Positions 22,572 through 32,213 of a stretch of 64,000 nucleotides of DNA are shown here, piece by piece. The notes under the pieces were generated by a model. That model saw only the letters and a list, made by a program, of their open reading frames with translations. It was not told the DNA's origin and ran no database searches. The stretch's first letter is position 1. Every line of letters begins with the position of its first letter. The position numbers and the translations under genes are program-made. Location: assembly GCA_012840855.1 (NCBI GenBank), contig DUVX01000096.1:41-64040 (forward strand), written 5' to 3'. This DNA comes from Bacillota bacterium. Lineage in GTDB: Bacteria; Bacillota; Dethiobacteria; DTU022.

Positions 22572-22868
22572 TTAAAAGTGGTCATCCAACCCGATCTGAA
22601 AGTAGATATCGTCAACTAATTTTTCACCGGCATATTGATTCAATTTTTCAATCAATTGAGGCTTTAACAGGGTTAGGTGGTAGGCCCAGGTAGAATCGCT
22701 CACCCTCACCCGGAGTATTTCCCGCTCTATCCGGTGCGCGCGGGTCACCGCGGCGATCTTTTCACCCACCAGGTGCTCCCACTGATCTATTATAAGGTAT
22801 TGGCGATATTGGCGCCACATTTTTCTTTTTTCCAATACCTGTCTAATAATCTGTCCCAGCTCAATCAA
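22572..22868 (-). CDS. DUF721 protein (DciA-like)
   Basis: The C-terminal roughly 90 aa (WEHLVGEKIAAVTRAHRIEREILRVRVSDSTWAYHLTLLKPQLIEKLNQYAGEKLVDDIYFQIG) match the DUF721/DciA pattern. The start is probably a TTG overlapping the recF stop (ATTGATTGA), or the ATG at 22820. The longer annotated ORF overlaps recF and is not used. Confidence 0.55.
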   Translation of the reverse strand: MIELGQIIRQVLEKRKMWRQYRQYLIIDQWEHLVGEKIAAVTRAHRIEREILRVRVSDSTWAYHLTLLKPQLIEKLNQYAGEKLVDDIYFQIGLDDHF

Positions 22869-23976
22869 TTTTAACCTTCCCCCGGGAAATATTATAGACC
22901 TGCGCCCCGCCGGACCAGCGCTGCTCCGCCGCCCATGATGGTGAAGCCGTGGTGATAAAGGATTGTCCCGCCCTGCTGCGTAGAAATTGCAGCAGATGGG
23001 CGCTTCTCTTTTCATCGAATTCGGAGAGAACATCATCGAGCAGCAATATTGTCTCTTCGCCGCCGGCTTTTTTAAAGAGGTCCACCTCACCTATCTTCAA
23101 AGCGAGCACAACGCTGCGCTGCTGCCCCTGGGAGCCGTACTTGCGGGCATCGCGGCCATCGATCAGCATGGCAAAATCATCGAGGTGAGGGCCGAACATG
23201 GTGGAACCGCGGCGGATCTCCGCCGTATACCCCTTCCTGAGCTGCTCCAGGAAAGCTCCCTCCAGAAGATCGGGGTCGCCGTCAAATTTTATCGTTGGGA
23301 GATATCGCAGCGTGAGCATTTCTTTCCCTGCCGTAAGGGTGGCAAAGTGAAAGCCGGCCCTGCTCTCCAGTGCCGCCAGCATCTTCGTTCTCTCCCTGAT
23401 GATAACGCTGCCCCACCTTGCCAGAGCCAGATCCCAGGGTTCTAAAAGCGAGCGCGCCGCAGCGGAGCTGCCCCGCTTTTCCTTTAAAATCCGGTTTCGC
23501 TGCTGCAGGGCGCGATGATAATCGCGCAGCCGGCGGTAGTAGAGCGGTTTCAGCCGCGAGCCCTCCATATCCAGAAAGCGGCGGCGGATGGCGGGGCCCT
23601 CTTTAACGAGGAGAAGATCGTCGGGCGAGAAAACCACAATGGGCTGGCGATAGATATACTCCGCCCTTTTGAGCGCCTTACCGTTGCATCTTACCTGAAG
23701 ACGCCGCGGCAAGCGGTACTCTATCCCGACCCGGCTGCTTTCCCCTTTTTTTTGAAAGGTCCCCTTCAGGGAAAAATATTCACTACCAAAACGCAACAGA
23801 TCGGCTTCCCGGTTGGTCCGGAAGGAACGAGATACAGCCAGGTAGTAGATCGCCTCCAGGAGATTGGTTTTCCCCTGGGCATTGAGCCCGGTAAATATAT
23901 TGATCCCCCGATGAAAGGAGAGCTCTTCCTGAAGATAGTTGCGAAAGTTGACCAGTTTTAATGTCGCCAAATACAT
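22861..23976 (-). CDS. recF: DNA replication and repair protein RecF
   Basis: 371 aa. Walker A GLNAQGKTNLLEA and ABC signature region. Confidence 0.9.
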   Translation of the reverse strand: MYLATLKLVNFRNYLQEELSFHRGINIFTGLNAQGKTNLLEAIYYLAVSRSFRTNREADLLRFGSEYFSLKGTFQKKGESSRVGIEYRLPRRLQVRCNGKALKRAEYIYRQPIVVFSPDDLLLVKEGPAIRRRFLDMEGSRLKPLYYRRLRDYHRALQQRNRILKEKRGSSAAARSLLEPWDLALARWGSVIIRERTKMLAALESRAGFHFATLTAGKEMLTLRYLPTIKFDGDPDLLEGAFLEQLRKGYTAEIRRGSTMFGPHLDDFAMLIDGRDARKYGSQGQQRSVVLALKIGEVDLFKKAGGEETILLLDDVLSEFDEKRSAHLLQFLRSRAGQSFITTASPSWAAEQRWSGGAQVYNISRGKVKID

Positions 23977-23993
23977 GATCGAATTTGCACTAT

Positions 23994-25109
23994 CTAGTTC
24001 ATCTTGATCGGCAGGACGAGATAAAGATAGCTTTCATCGCCGGGCAGGCGAAAAACAACAGGCCCGCTTTTACCATGAAAATCGATAATGATCTCCTCTG
24101 AAACGGTAGCCTTGAGAATATCCATCACAAACCGGGAATTTATATAGAGCTCCACCTCTTCGCCCTCTTTTTTAACAGCAAGGGATTCTTCCATGCGCCC
24201 GATCTGCGAGGAGACGCGAACAAAAAGGGTGCTTTCAGAGAGGGAGAGCTGGATGGCGCTGTTGATCCCCTCGGCAAGCAGGGCTGCCCGGCTCACCGCA
24301 TCGGTAAGCTCATGGCGGCTCACAAATATTCTCGTGGAGTAGTGTTCCGGTATGACGGAGCTTATATCGGGATACTTTTCATTTAACAGCCGCGCTGCAA
24401 AGTAAACCGTGGGAAGCCTGAACACGAGATGATCCTTGCCGGGGTAAATTACCACTTCCTCCTGCTCCAGATCCAGGATCCTCGAGAATTCACGCAGCGC
24501 TCTGGCTGGCGCGAGACAACGTAAAGGCTCGAAGTGCCAATCTCCGTCCAAAAGGCTTTTAAAGACCAGACGGTAGGTGTCCGAAGAGATCAGGTTCCAC
24601 CTGCCGCCATCAAATTCAAAGAGAATACCGTTGAAAGCCGGCCGCGTCTCCTCGGTGGAGGCGGCAAAGACAACCATTTTCAAAAGATCCCGCAGCACCG
24701 GCGCATCGATAGTGATGGTACTGTCGCTCCCCGGTAAGAGCTCTTCTACCCGGGGAAAGTCGGCCGGATCCGATCCGAACAGGTTGTAGCGGGATTGGCC
24801 GCTACTCAGGGAAAGATGGAGGTTGTCCTGATCCAGATCGAGCTGCACTTCCTGCTCCGGCAGCAACCGGACGATATCGGTTAACTTGGGCGGCAGCAGC
24901 ACGCTTCCCGGCTCGTCACCCTCGTAAGGAAGAGAGACTTTGATCGAAAGCTCGAGGTTGGTGCTGGAGAGGACCAGCTGCTGGGAATCGCTTTCCAGAA
25001 GAATGTTCTCCAGAGATTGCACCGCCGAATCCTTTGGTAAAGCCTTTTCTACGATCTCCAGGGAACGGTGTAAACCGGTCTTCGGTAATAGAATAGAGAT
25101 ATCATTCAC
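23994..25109 (-). CDS. dnaN: DNA polymerase III beta sliding clamp
   Basis: 371 aa with a three-domain clamp architecture. GTG start. Immediately downstream of dnaA. Confidence 0.9.
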   Translation of the reverse strand: MNDISILLPKTGLHRSLEIVEKALPKDSAVQSLENILLESDSQQLVLSSTNLELSIKVSLPYEGDEPGSVLLPPKLTDIVRLLPEQEVQLDLDQDNLHLSLSSGQSRYNLFGSDPADFPRVEELLPGSDSTITIDAPVLRDLLKMVVFAASTEETRPAFNGILFEFDGGRWNLISSDTYRLVFKSLLDGDWHFEPLRCLAPARALREFSRILDLEQEEVVIYPGKDHLVFRLPTVYFAARLLNEKYPDISSVIPEHYSTRIFVSRHELTDAVSRAALLAEGINSAIQLSLSESTLFVRVSSQIGRMEESLAVKKEGEEVELYINSRFVMDILKATVSEEIIIDFHGKSGPVVFRLPGDESYLYLVLPIKMN

Positions 25110-25184
25110 CCACTTTCTCGTTTTTGAACAGGTAAGAATCTAGGAGCTATTTATAGATCTAGGAAATACTAATAACAGACCCTG

Positions 25185-25311
25185 TGGAAAATGTTAAAAA
25201 GTAAAAAAAGAGCTCTCCCATTGCCTTTATGTCGCCCGATGATGTGGACAAGCCCCTCAATAGTTTAGGGGATGAATGTGCATAGATCGGATTTCCTCTG
25301 CTTGTCCATAA
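25185..25311. promoter_or_regulatory. oriC part I: DnaA-box cluster in the dnaA-dnaN intergenic region
   Basis: Near-consensus TTATCCACA-type boxes: TGTGGAAAA (25185-25193), TGTGGACAA (25245-25253) and TTGTCCATA (25303-25311). Confidence 0.6.
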
Positions 25312-25316
25312 GTTAC

Positions 25317-26678
25317 TCATAGGCTGTTAGAGATCTCATTTCTAATCAGATCGACAGTCATCTTCTTATCGCCCTCGCTTTCCAAAAGATCTTCAATTTT
25401 TCTGACGGCGTAGAGAACGGTAGTGTGATCGCGTCCACCAAATTCTTCGCCGATCTTCGGTAAGGATAGCTCGGTAAGATCGCGTGCCAGGTACATGGCC
25501 ACCTGTCGGGCGAAGGCTATCTCTTTGGTTCTTCTTTTACCGCAAATATCGTCTCCCTTGAGGTGAAAATGTTCAGCGGTGGCTTCGATGATCTTCTCTA
25601 CAGTGATCTTCTTTTTGGGGGAAAATAGAACATTCTTGAGCGCCTCATCGGTCAGCTCCATGGTAACCTCGGAATCGAAAAGGGAGGCATAGGCGACAAT
25701 TCTGATCAGGGCGCCCTCCAGTTCACGGATATTATTTTCTATTTTGGTAGCAATATAATGGATCACTTCATCGGGGATAGTTAAGCCCTCGGTGAGCGCC
25801 TTTTTCCTGAGAATGGCGATCCTCGTTTCGAGATCGGGCGATTGGATATCGGTGATAAGGCCCCATTCAAAACGGGAACGCAGGCGATCCTCCAGCGTGG
25901 GGATCTCTTTGGGCGGACGATCGCTGGAGATAACGATCTGCCGGTTGAGATTATGGAGAGTGTTGAAAGTATGGAAAAATTCCTCCTGGGTCTGCTCCTT
26001 TCTAGCTAAAAACTGGATATCATCGATGAGCAGGATCTCCATGCTGCGATATTTGTTACGAAATTCAGCGGTTTTGTTATCGCGGATCGAATTGATAAAA
26101 TCATTGGTGAACTTCTCTGAAGAGCAGTAAAGGATATTATTGCAGTGATGGTGATTGATCACATACTGACCGATAGCATGTAGTAGGTGAGTTTTTCCCA
26201 GCCCCACGCCACCGTATATAAAAAAAGGGTTATAGGCTTTGGAGGGGGTTTGGGCAACGGCCAGGGAAGCGGCGTGCGAAAGGCGATTACAGGGGCCGAC
26301 AACAAAGCTTTGGAAGGTGTAGCGGGGGTTAAAAAAGGAGAGATCTTTGGCGTCCCGCTCCTCTGTATCCGCCACTGTCGGAACAACGGCGTCGTCATCA
26401 CCGCTGTTTTCTTCAAAATCGATAAAATCTGCAGAGACGACGAACTGGAGATCGTAATCCTGTGAGGTAACCTCCTCGATTTTTTTCTTGATTATTTCGC
26501 GGTACTTATTTTGTAGCCACTCGCGGGTGAAATCATTGGGCACCGCAACGAGAAGGCAGTGATCTTTAAGAGAAACCGGGTGGGTCGAATGAAACCAGGT
26601 TTCGAAGCTTGGCCTACCGATCTCCTTGCCAATTTCAGCAAGGATTGCCGACCAGAGTGTAGAAAGATTACCGGGCAA
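25317..26678 (-). CDS. dnaA: Chromosomal replication initiator DnaA
   Basis: 453 aa. AAA+ Walker A GGVGLGKTHLL, sensor motifs, and C-terminal DnaA-box binding domain (EIGEEFGGRDHTTVLYAVRKIE). TTG start with a GGGAGGT RBS. Confidence 0.95.
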   Translation of the reverse strand: MPGNLSTLWSAILAEIGKEIGRPSFETWFHSTHPVSLKDHCLLVAVPNDFTREWLQNKYREIIKKKIEEVTSQDYDLQFVVSADFIDFEENSGDDDAVVPTVADTEERDAKDLSFFNPRYTFQSFVVGPCNRLSHAASLAVAQTPSKAYNPFFIYGGVGLGKTHLLHAIGQYVINHHHCNNILYCSSEKFTNDFINSIRDNKTAEFRNKYRSMEILLIDDIQFLARKEQTQEEFFHTFNTLHNLNRQIVISSDRPPKEIPTLEDRLRSRFEWGLITDIQSPDLETRIAILRKKALTEGLTIPDEVIHYIATKIENNIRELEGALIRIVAYASLFDSEVTMELTDEALKNVLFSPKKKITVEKIIEATAEHFHLKGDDICGKRRTKEIAFARQVAMYLARDLTELSLPKIGEEFGGRDHTTVLYAVRKIEDLLESEGDKKMTVDLIRNEISNSL

Positions 26679-26717
26679 GATGATACCTCCCTGCTGAATT
26701 TGCGAAGGGTTTTGGAG

Positions 26718-26830
26718 TTATACACAAATTAGCATAGTTACTAACAGGTTGCTGTGAATAACCTCGCAAGATAGCTATGTTAAGCTTACAGTAGATCATA
26801 TATTAACAGATATAATGGGGCATCGCAATC
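26718..26830. promoter_or_regulatory. oriC part II: DnaA boxes plus an AT-rich putative unwinding element, between dnaA and rpmH
   Basis: TTATACACA (26718-26726) and TGTGAATAA (26753-26761, reverse complement TTATTCACA). An AT-rich tract lies at 26770-26815 (agatagctatgttaagcttacagtagatcatatattaacagatataatg). Confidence 0.6.
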
Positions 26831-26879
26831 ACCAGAAAGAGGCGCGAGGCCTATTTGAAGGCGAAAAGAGCCGGTTATC

Positions 26880-26909
26880 TTGACATTGGTAATTTTTTTG
26901 CGGTATACT
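26880..26909 (+). promoter_or_regulatory. Sigma-A-type promoter of the rpmH-rnpA operon (TTGACA-18-TATACT)
   Basis: -35 at 26880-26885 and -10 at 26904-26909. It overlaps a weak DnaA-box-like TTATCTTGA. Confidence 0.55.
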
Positions 26910-26948
26910 TTTTCTGCAACCTAACAAAAGCGCTAGAAAGGGTAAATT

Positions 26949-27083
26949 ATGAAAAGGACCTATCAACCTAAACTGAGAAGAAGAAAGCGTAAGCATGGTT
27001 TTATGAACAGAATGAGTACTACCGCCGGAAGAGCGATCATCAGGAGAAGGCGCCGGCGGAAAAGGCGGAGGATCAGCGCTTAA
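26949..27083 (+). CDS. rpmH: 50S ribosomal protein L34
   Basis: Hand-translated as [43 protein letters not shown] (44 aa). It is absent from the ORF track because it is under 60 aa. Confidence 0.95.
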   Translation: MKRTYQPKLRRRKRKHGFMNRMSTTAGRAIIRRRRRRKRRRISA

Positions 27084-27092
27084 AAGCGGGGG

Positions 27093-27428
27093 ATGAAGGT
27101 AAAGCGGCTTAAAAAAAACTGGGAATTCAAGAGAGTATACCGGCGAGGCAAATCCTTTGTCTCTAAAAGAATTGTCCTCTATGTTTATCCCAACAGGACC
27201 GATCACAGCAAAATTGGGTTCTCCATAAGCAAAAAAGTGGGGAAAAGCGTACAACGAAACCGGATCAAAAGGATTTATCGGGAAGCATTTTTAAGCCTTT
27301 ACCACGAAATCAAGCAGGGTTACGATCTTGTTGTGGTGGCCCGGAGAGAAGCTGTGGGGGTACCTTTGAGCCTGGCCCGGGAGGAGTTGTATGCGCTTTG
27401 CCGCAGGGGAAAGTTGCTTCGAAAATAA
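27093..27428 (+). CDS. rnpA: Ribonuclease P protein component
   Basis: 111 aa. Basic protein with the RNR-like motif region, immediately after rpmH. Confidence 0.9.
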   Translation: MKVKRLKKNWEFKRVYRRGKSFVSKRIVLYVYPNRTDHSKIGFSISKKVGKSVQRNRIKRIYREAFLSLYHEIKQGYDLVVVARREAVGVPLSLAREELYALCRRGKLLRK

Positions 27429-27448
27429 AACAGCCAGCAGGGCTGATC

Positions 27449-27658
27449 ATGGAAAAAGTATGCCTGGCGGCGATATCAGTGTATCAAAGATATATTTCGC
27501 CGCTAAAACCTCCTACCTGCAGGTTCTATCCGACCTGTTCTCAGTACTGTTATGATGCAATAAGAAAATACGGGGTCTTCCGGGGTGGTATGCTCGGGGT
27601 GAAACGGATACTGCGATGCCATCCTTTCCACCCGGGCGGCTACGACCCGGTAAAATAA
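27449..27658 (+). CDS. yidD: Membrane protein insertion efficiency factor YidD
   Basis: [22 protein letters not shown]...[11 protein letters not shown]. The start is placed at the internal Met (MEKVCLAA). Confidence 0.85.
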   Translation: MEKVCLAAISVYQRYISPLKPPTCRFYPTCSQYCYDAIRKYGVFRGGMLGVKRILRCHPFHPGGYDPVK

Positions 27659-27690
27659 GGCTCCTCCAGGAAACCAAGGGGTGATCTAAG

Positions 27691-28440
27691 ATGATCGATA
27701 CCATTGCACAATTTTTCGGGGTGATTATCGGCTATATCTATACGCTAATACCCAATTTTGGTGCAGCCATTGTTATTTTTGCCGTTTTGTTCAAGCTGGT
27801 GACCTTTCCGCTGAACCAGAAGCAGCTGCAATCGAGCAAGAAGATGCAGGAGCTAAATCCGGAGATGAAGCGTATTCAGCAAAAATACAAGAACGATAAA
27901 GAGAAGCAGAACCAGGCCATGATGGAATTTATGCAGAAGCATAAGATCAACCCCATGGCCGGCTGCCTGCCTCTGCTCGTTCAGCTGCCGATTCTCTACG
28001 GAATTTTTCGCCTGCTCAGGGACACGGGAAGTTTCCTGGGGGATACGATCAACACCTTCCTGCTACCCTCGCTTCAGTTTCTTGATCTGAGTATCGCCCC
28101 GAGCAAGTTTCAGGGGGATATGGTCCAGCAGGTGATATTTTATTCATTACCGATAATTTCGGGGCTCACCACTTACCTTTACCAGAAAACAGCGATCACC
28201 GATCCCAGCCAGAAAATGATGCTCTACGCCATGCCGGCGATGTTTGTGTTTTTTAGTTTTCAGTTCCCGGCGGGGCTGATTGTCTACTGGATTACAAACA
28301 ACCTTTTGACTATGGGGCAGCATCAGCTGGTAGTGCGGATGGATGAGGAGAACAGGAGCGAAACAAAAGTGGAGCCAGCGGCGGGGAATAAACAGAAGAG
28401 ATCGCCAAAAGTTAAAAAAGGAGCAAAAGGAGAGAGATGA
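27691..28440 (+). CDS. yidC: YidC/Oxa1 family membrane insertase (short Firmicutes type, SpoIIIJ/YqjG-like)
   Basis: 249 aa, multi-TM, with the conserved GCLPLLVQLPIL region. Confidence 0.9.
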   Translation: MIDTIAQFFGVIIGYIYTLIPNFGAAIVIFAVLFKLVTFPLNQKQLQSSKKMQELNPEMKRIQQKYKNDKEKQNQAMMEFMQKHKINPMAGCLPLLVQLPILYGIFRLLRDTGSFLGDTINTFLLPSLQFLDLSIAPSKFQGDMVQQVIFYSLPIISGLTTYLYQKTAITDPSQKMMLYAMPAMFVFFSFQFPAGLIVYWITNNLLTMGQHQLVVRMDEENRSETKVEPAAGNKQKRSPKVKKGAKGER

Positions 28441-29057
28441 TACCTGTTGAAACAACGGGACGTACCGTGGAAGAAGCCGTGGAGAAAGCGCTCTCCGCTC
28501 TCGGAATAAGAAAGGAAAACGCTTCCATTAAGGTGCTCAGCGAACCGGCGCAGGGCCTCTTCAGCTTTATCAGCTCACGGGTGGCGCGGGTTAAAGTGGA
28601 GCCGCAGGAGGGGCCGGCGGAGTATTTAAAAAATATACTGGGCGATATTATTGCGCCGATGGGTTTAAGGACAAAGGTTATGGTGGAGGAAGATGAGGAG
28701 AAGATCGAGGCTGCGATCAGCGGCAAAAGAGTGGGAGTCTTAATCGGGCGGCGGGGGAAAACTTTAAATGATCTGCAGTACCTGGCAAACACGATAATGC
28801 GCCGTCAGTTTACCCATTTAGGGAAGATGATCATTATCGATGTGGAAAATTACCGCTACCGGCGCGAAAAAACATTAACCCGCCTGGCCAGGAATATTGC
28901 CCGCAGCGTAGAACAGGACGGATGCGAAGAGATACTCGAGCCGATGACGCCGCAGGAGAGGCGGGTGATCCACCTGGCGCTAAAGGACTGCGGTGGCGTG
29001 GTCACCTACAGCAGAGGAGAGGAGCCCTACCGAAAGGTGGTTATTGCTCCCCGGTAA
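28437..29057 (+). CDS. jag: Jag/KhpB RNA-binding protein (KH plus R3H)
   Basis: 206 aa. KH-like GRRGKTLNDLQYL. C-terminal R3H domain. Confidence 0.85.
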   Translation: MIPVETTGRTVEEAVEKALSALGIRKENASIKVLSEPAQGLFSFISSRVARVKVEPQEGPAEYLKNILGDIIAPMGLRTKVMVEEDEEKIEAAISGKRVGVLIGRRGKTLNDLQYLANTIMRRQFTHLGKMIIIDVENYRYRREKTLTRLARNIARSVEQDGCEEILEPMTPQERRVIHLALKDCGGVVTYSRGEEPYRKVVIAPR

Positions 29058-29102
29058 GCGAGAGGTAGCGCACCGCTCCTCGGCCGGGGAGCGGTTTTTT
29101 CT

Positions 29103-30512
29103 TTGAAAGGGGGATTATATTTGGGTTTTGATGAGACCATCGCCGCCATCGGCACTCCCCCGGGGGAGGGAGGCATCGGCATAGTCCGGATCAGCGGAGC
29201 AGAGGCCTACTCCATCGGCAAAAGGATATTTGTGCCTCGCAGAAAGGGGCCGGCTGACGATTATCCCCGCTCTCACCACCTCTACTATGGCCATATATTT
29301 TCCGAGAAGGGCGGGATCATCGATGAAGTGCTGCTCTCTTTTATGAAAGCGCCGCACACCTATACCCGCGAAGACAGTGTGGAGATAAACTGCCACAGCG
29401 GTATATTTACACTGCGGCAGATATTGAAAAGGGTGCTGAGCGAAGGGGCGCGACTGGCCCGACCCGGTGAGTTCACCGAGCGGGCTTTTTTAAGAGGGCG
29501 TATTGATCTGAGCCAGGCGGAAAGCGTTTTGCGGATAATCCGGGCTCGCTCGGAGGAAGGGGCTCGTATAGCAGCCGATAATTTAAAGGGGAGGCTCTCA
29601 CAAAATATTCGTAAGATGCGCAGCGCCATGCTCAGCCTACTGGCCCGGGTGGAGGCCCAACTGGATTTTCCCGATGATCTGGATGATGAAGCGGCGGTGG
29701 AGGAGGAGATCAAAAAGGAGCTGTTGCGGTTCAGGGGGGAGCTGGAGAGATTGGCGGAAGGCGCTGAAAGAGGGCAGACAATGCAGGAGGGACTGCTCAG
29801 CGCCATTGTGGGAAAGCCCAATGCCGGAAAATCCTCCCTGCTCAACGCTCTACTCCGGGAGCAGCGGGCCATTGTCCATGAAGCGCCCGGTACAACGCGG
29901 GATCTGCTCGAGGGATATCTCACCATAAGCGGCTACCCGCTACGCCTGATCGACACCGCCGGGATCCACGCGACGGAGGATCCGGTGGAGCAGGCAGGCA
30001 TAAAAAAAGCGGCGGGAGCTGCTACCAGAGCCCGGCTCATGATCCTGGTGCTCGACGGCTCCACCGCCTGGAGCGAAGATGACGATGCCGCGGCAGCGCT
30101 AATCGGGCCGGGGCAGCTGGTGGTCATCGTGATCAACAAGATAGATCTGCGGCAGCGGCTCAGCAGGGAGATAGTGAGCGAAAAATTTGGCGATTGCCCG
30201 GTAGTGGAGACGGCGGCGATCAAAGATGAGGGCATCGGCTGCCTGGAGGAGACGATCGGGAGATTGCTCGATCGCAGCCTGGGGACGGCCGGTGCAGAGT
30301 CGCCGATCATGACCAGCATGAGACAGGCCCGGATTGTTGAGGAGACGCGGGATAGCCTGGAGAGGGCGCTAGGGGTTCTATCCGGGCAGCCGCTGGAACT
30401 GGTAGCCCTGGAGCTGCGGGAAGCCTGGCGGAAGCTCGGAGAGATTACCGGGGAAACTGCTTCGGGAGAGCTGCTCGATCAGATCTTCAGCGAGTTCTGT
30501 ATCGGCAAGTGA
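29103..30512 (+). CDS. mnmE: tRNA modification GTPase MnmE
   Basis: 469 aa. G domain GKPNAGKSSLLNAL and DTAG. C-terminal FCIGK. Confidence 0.9.
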   Translation: MKGGLYLGFDETIAAIGTPPGEGGIGIVRISGAEAYSIGKRIFVPRRKGPADDYPRSHHLYYGHIFSEKGGIIDEVLLSFMKAPHTYTREDSVEINCHSGIFTLRQILKRVLSEGARLARPGEFTERAFLRGRIDLSQAESVLRIIRARSEEGARIAADNLKGRLSQNIRKMRSAMLSLLARVEAQLDFPDDLDDEAAVEEEIKKELLRFRGELERLAEGAERGQTMQEGLLSAIVGKPNAGKSSLLNALLREQRAIVHEAPGTTRDLLEGYLTISGYPLRLIDTAGIHATEDPVEQAGIKKAAGAATRARLMILVLDGSTAWSEDDDAAAALIGPGQLVVIVINKIDLRQRLSREIVSEKFGDCPVVETAAIKDEGIGCLEETIGRLLDRSLGTAGAESPIMTSMRQARIVEETRDSLERALGVLSGQPLELVALELREAWRKLGEITGETASGELLDQIFSEFCIGK

Positions 30513-30537
30513 AAAAAGGTGGGCCGGGAAAGGCGAT

Positions 30538-31257
30538 ATGAGGGAACTGGCACCCATTTTGGAAAATATAGCTAAGATGCTCGATCTGAAACTGAATAAC
30601 GAGCAAAAACGACAGCTTTTGCGATATATTGCGCTGATACTGGAGGGTCTCACGAGGCAGCGGCTGGTGGGGGAAACAAGGGGAGATATTCTGGTGGAGA
30701 AGCATCTTTTTGACTGTCTTTATCCCTTGAAGCTGTGGAGATTGACACCCCCCAGCCTGCTCGATCTGGGAACGGGGGCGGGCCTGCCGGGGATTCCTCT
30801 TAAAATATGCCTCCCCGGTACGGAGCTTTACCTCCTCGATGCAGCGAGGCGCAAGATCAATTTTTTAAGGCGCGTTGCCGCCGAGCTCGCCCTACAGGGT
30901 ACCTATTTTATGCCAGGAAGGGCCGAGCGATGGGGCCACCATCCCCGCTACCGCGAAAAATTTGACTGTGTGGTCAGCCGTGCCGTGGCCGGAGCTGCAG
31001 TTTTGGCCGAGCTGGCTTTGCCGCTGGTAAGGGTGGGGGGAGAGCTGCTCCTTTACAAAGGGAAAGGGGGCCCCGAGGAGATCGAGGAAGCAGGGGCCTC
31101 CATACGGCTTTGTGGAGGGCGGCTGGAGCGCTGCGGACGCTACCGCCTGCCTACAGGAGAGGAGAGGACCCTTTTTGCGATAAAAAAAATTGAAGCTACC
31201 GCTGCGGCATACCCCCGGAGAGAGGGGAGAGCGGCGAAAAAGCCGCTGGGCTCCTAA
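30538..31257 (+). CDS. rsmG: 16S rRNA (guanine527-N7)-methyltransferase RsmG (GidB)
   Basis: 239 aa. SAM-binding LDLGTGAGLPGIPL. It follows mnmE directly, with no mnmG gene in between. Confidence 0.85.
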   Translation: MRELAPILENIAKMLDLKLNNEQKRQLLRYIALILEGLTRQRLVGETRGDILVEKHLFDCLYPLKLWRLTPPSLLDLGTGAGLPGIPLKICLPGTELYLLDAARRKINFLRRVAAELALQGTYFMPGRAERWGHHPRYREKFDCVVSRAVAGAAVLAELALPLVRVGGELLLYKGKGGPEEIEEAGASIRLCGGRLERCGRYRLPTGEERTLFAIKKIEATAAAYPRREGRAAKKPLGS

Positions 31258-31337
31258 TTTTATTTCTAATTTTGAAGGAATGTTACTGCGGTTGTCTAAT
31301 TAAATTTTAAGAGTATACATAAAGGGCGGGTGCTCAC

Positions 31338-32180
31338 ATGAAAGATAACCGGATGAAAGGGTACCCTGCGGTGCGGGGGGTGCCCGGCGAGGAGAAGGTC
31401 ATCCAGGTAAAAATAGAGGCGCTACTACCAAACCCCTACCAGCCAAGACAGGATTTCCCAGAAGATAAGATCAATGAGTTAAGGCAGTCCATCAGGACAT
31501 ACGGGCTGTTGCATCCCATCATCGTCCGTCGAAGGGGGCGGGGCTACCAGATTGTGGCCGGGGAGCGGCGGGCGATAGCCTGCCGGGGCCTGGGCTGGAA
31601 AACGATCCCGGCGATAGCAAGAGAGGTAACCGACAGCGCCATGGCAACGATGGCGCTTATCGAGAATTTACAGCGGGAGAACTTAAATTATCTCGATGAA
31701 GCCGCCGGCTATGCCCGGCTGATACAAGAATTTGCCCTCACTCAGGAGGTGCTCGCCCAGAGGCTGGGGAAAAGCCAATCGACCATCGCCAACAAGATGA
31801 GGTTACTGAAGCTTCCCGTTGAAGTGAAGGAGCTCCTGGTAAAAGAGCAGCTCAGCGAAAGACATGCCCGGGCTCTTCTAAAATTGGAAACAGAGGAACA
31901 GCAGCTGGCGATGATCCAGCAGATTATCAAGAAAAAGCTCACCGTGAGCGAAACGGAGAATAAAATTGATCAGATCGTGGGGAGAGAGGAGACCGGAGGG
32001 AGCGCCCCGCAGCGCAAGGTTGTGGTGCGGGATGTTCGCATCTTCCTGAACACGCTCCGAGAAGCGGTCAGGATTATTGAGAAATCCGGCCTCAGCCCCG
32101 AGGTGGAGGAGAAAGTGGAGCGCGATTATGTAGAGGTAACGATACGCTTTAAACGTAACAGTGACTTTAACGGGATCTAA
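31338..32180 (+). CDS. noc: ParB-family nucleoid occlusion protein (Noc-like)
   Basis: 280 aa. ParB box GERRxRA (GERRAIACR) and HTH (QEVLAQRLGKSQSTIANKMRLL). It lies upstream of parA-parB, as noc does in Firmicutes. Confidence 0.75.
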   Translation: MKDNRMKGYPAVRGVPGEEKVIQVKIEALLPNPYQPRQDFPEDKINELRQSIRTYGLLHPIIVRRRGRGYQIVAGERRAIACRGLGWKTIPAIAREVTDSAMATMALIENLQRENLNYLDEAAGYARLIQEFALTQEVLAQRLGKSQSTIANKMRLLKLPVEVKELLVKEQLSERHARALLKLETEEQQLAMIQQIIKKKLTVSETENKIDQIVGREETGGSAPQRKVVVRDVRIFLNTLREAVRIIEKSGLSPEVEEKVERDYVEVTIRFKRNSDFNGI

Positions 32181-32213
32181 AGAGCAAACTTATCGGTACA
32201 AAGGAGAGGGGAA

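Noticed and set aside
22572-23090. Full 172-aa minus-strand ORF treated as a single gene
   Set aside because: The N-terminal 80 aa or so overlap the recF 3' end in another frame. Only the C-terminal DUF721-like part downstream of the recF stop is taken as the real gene.
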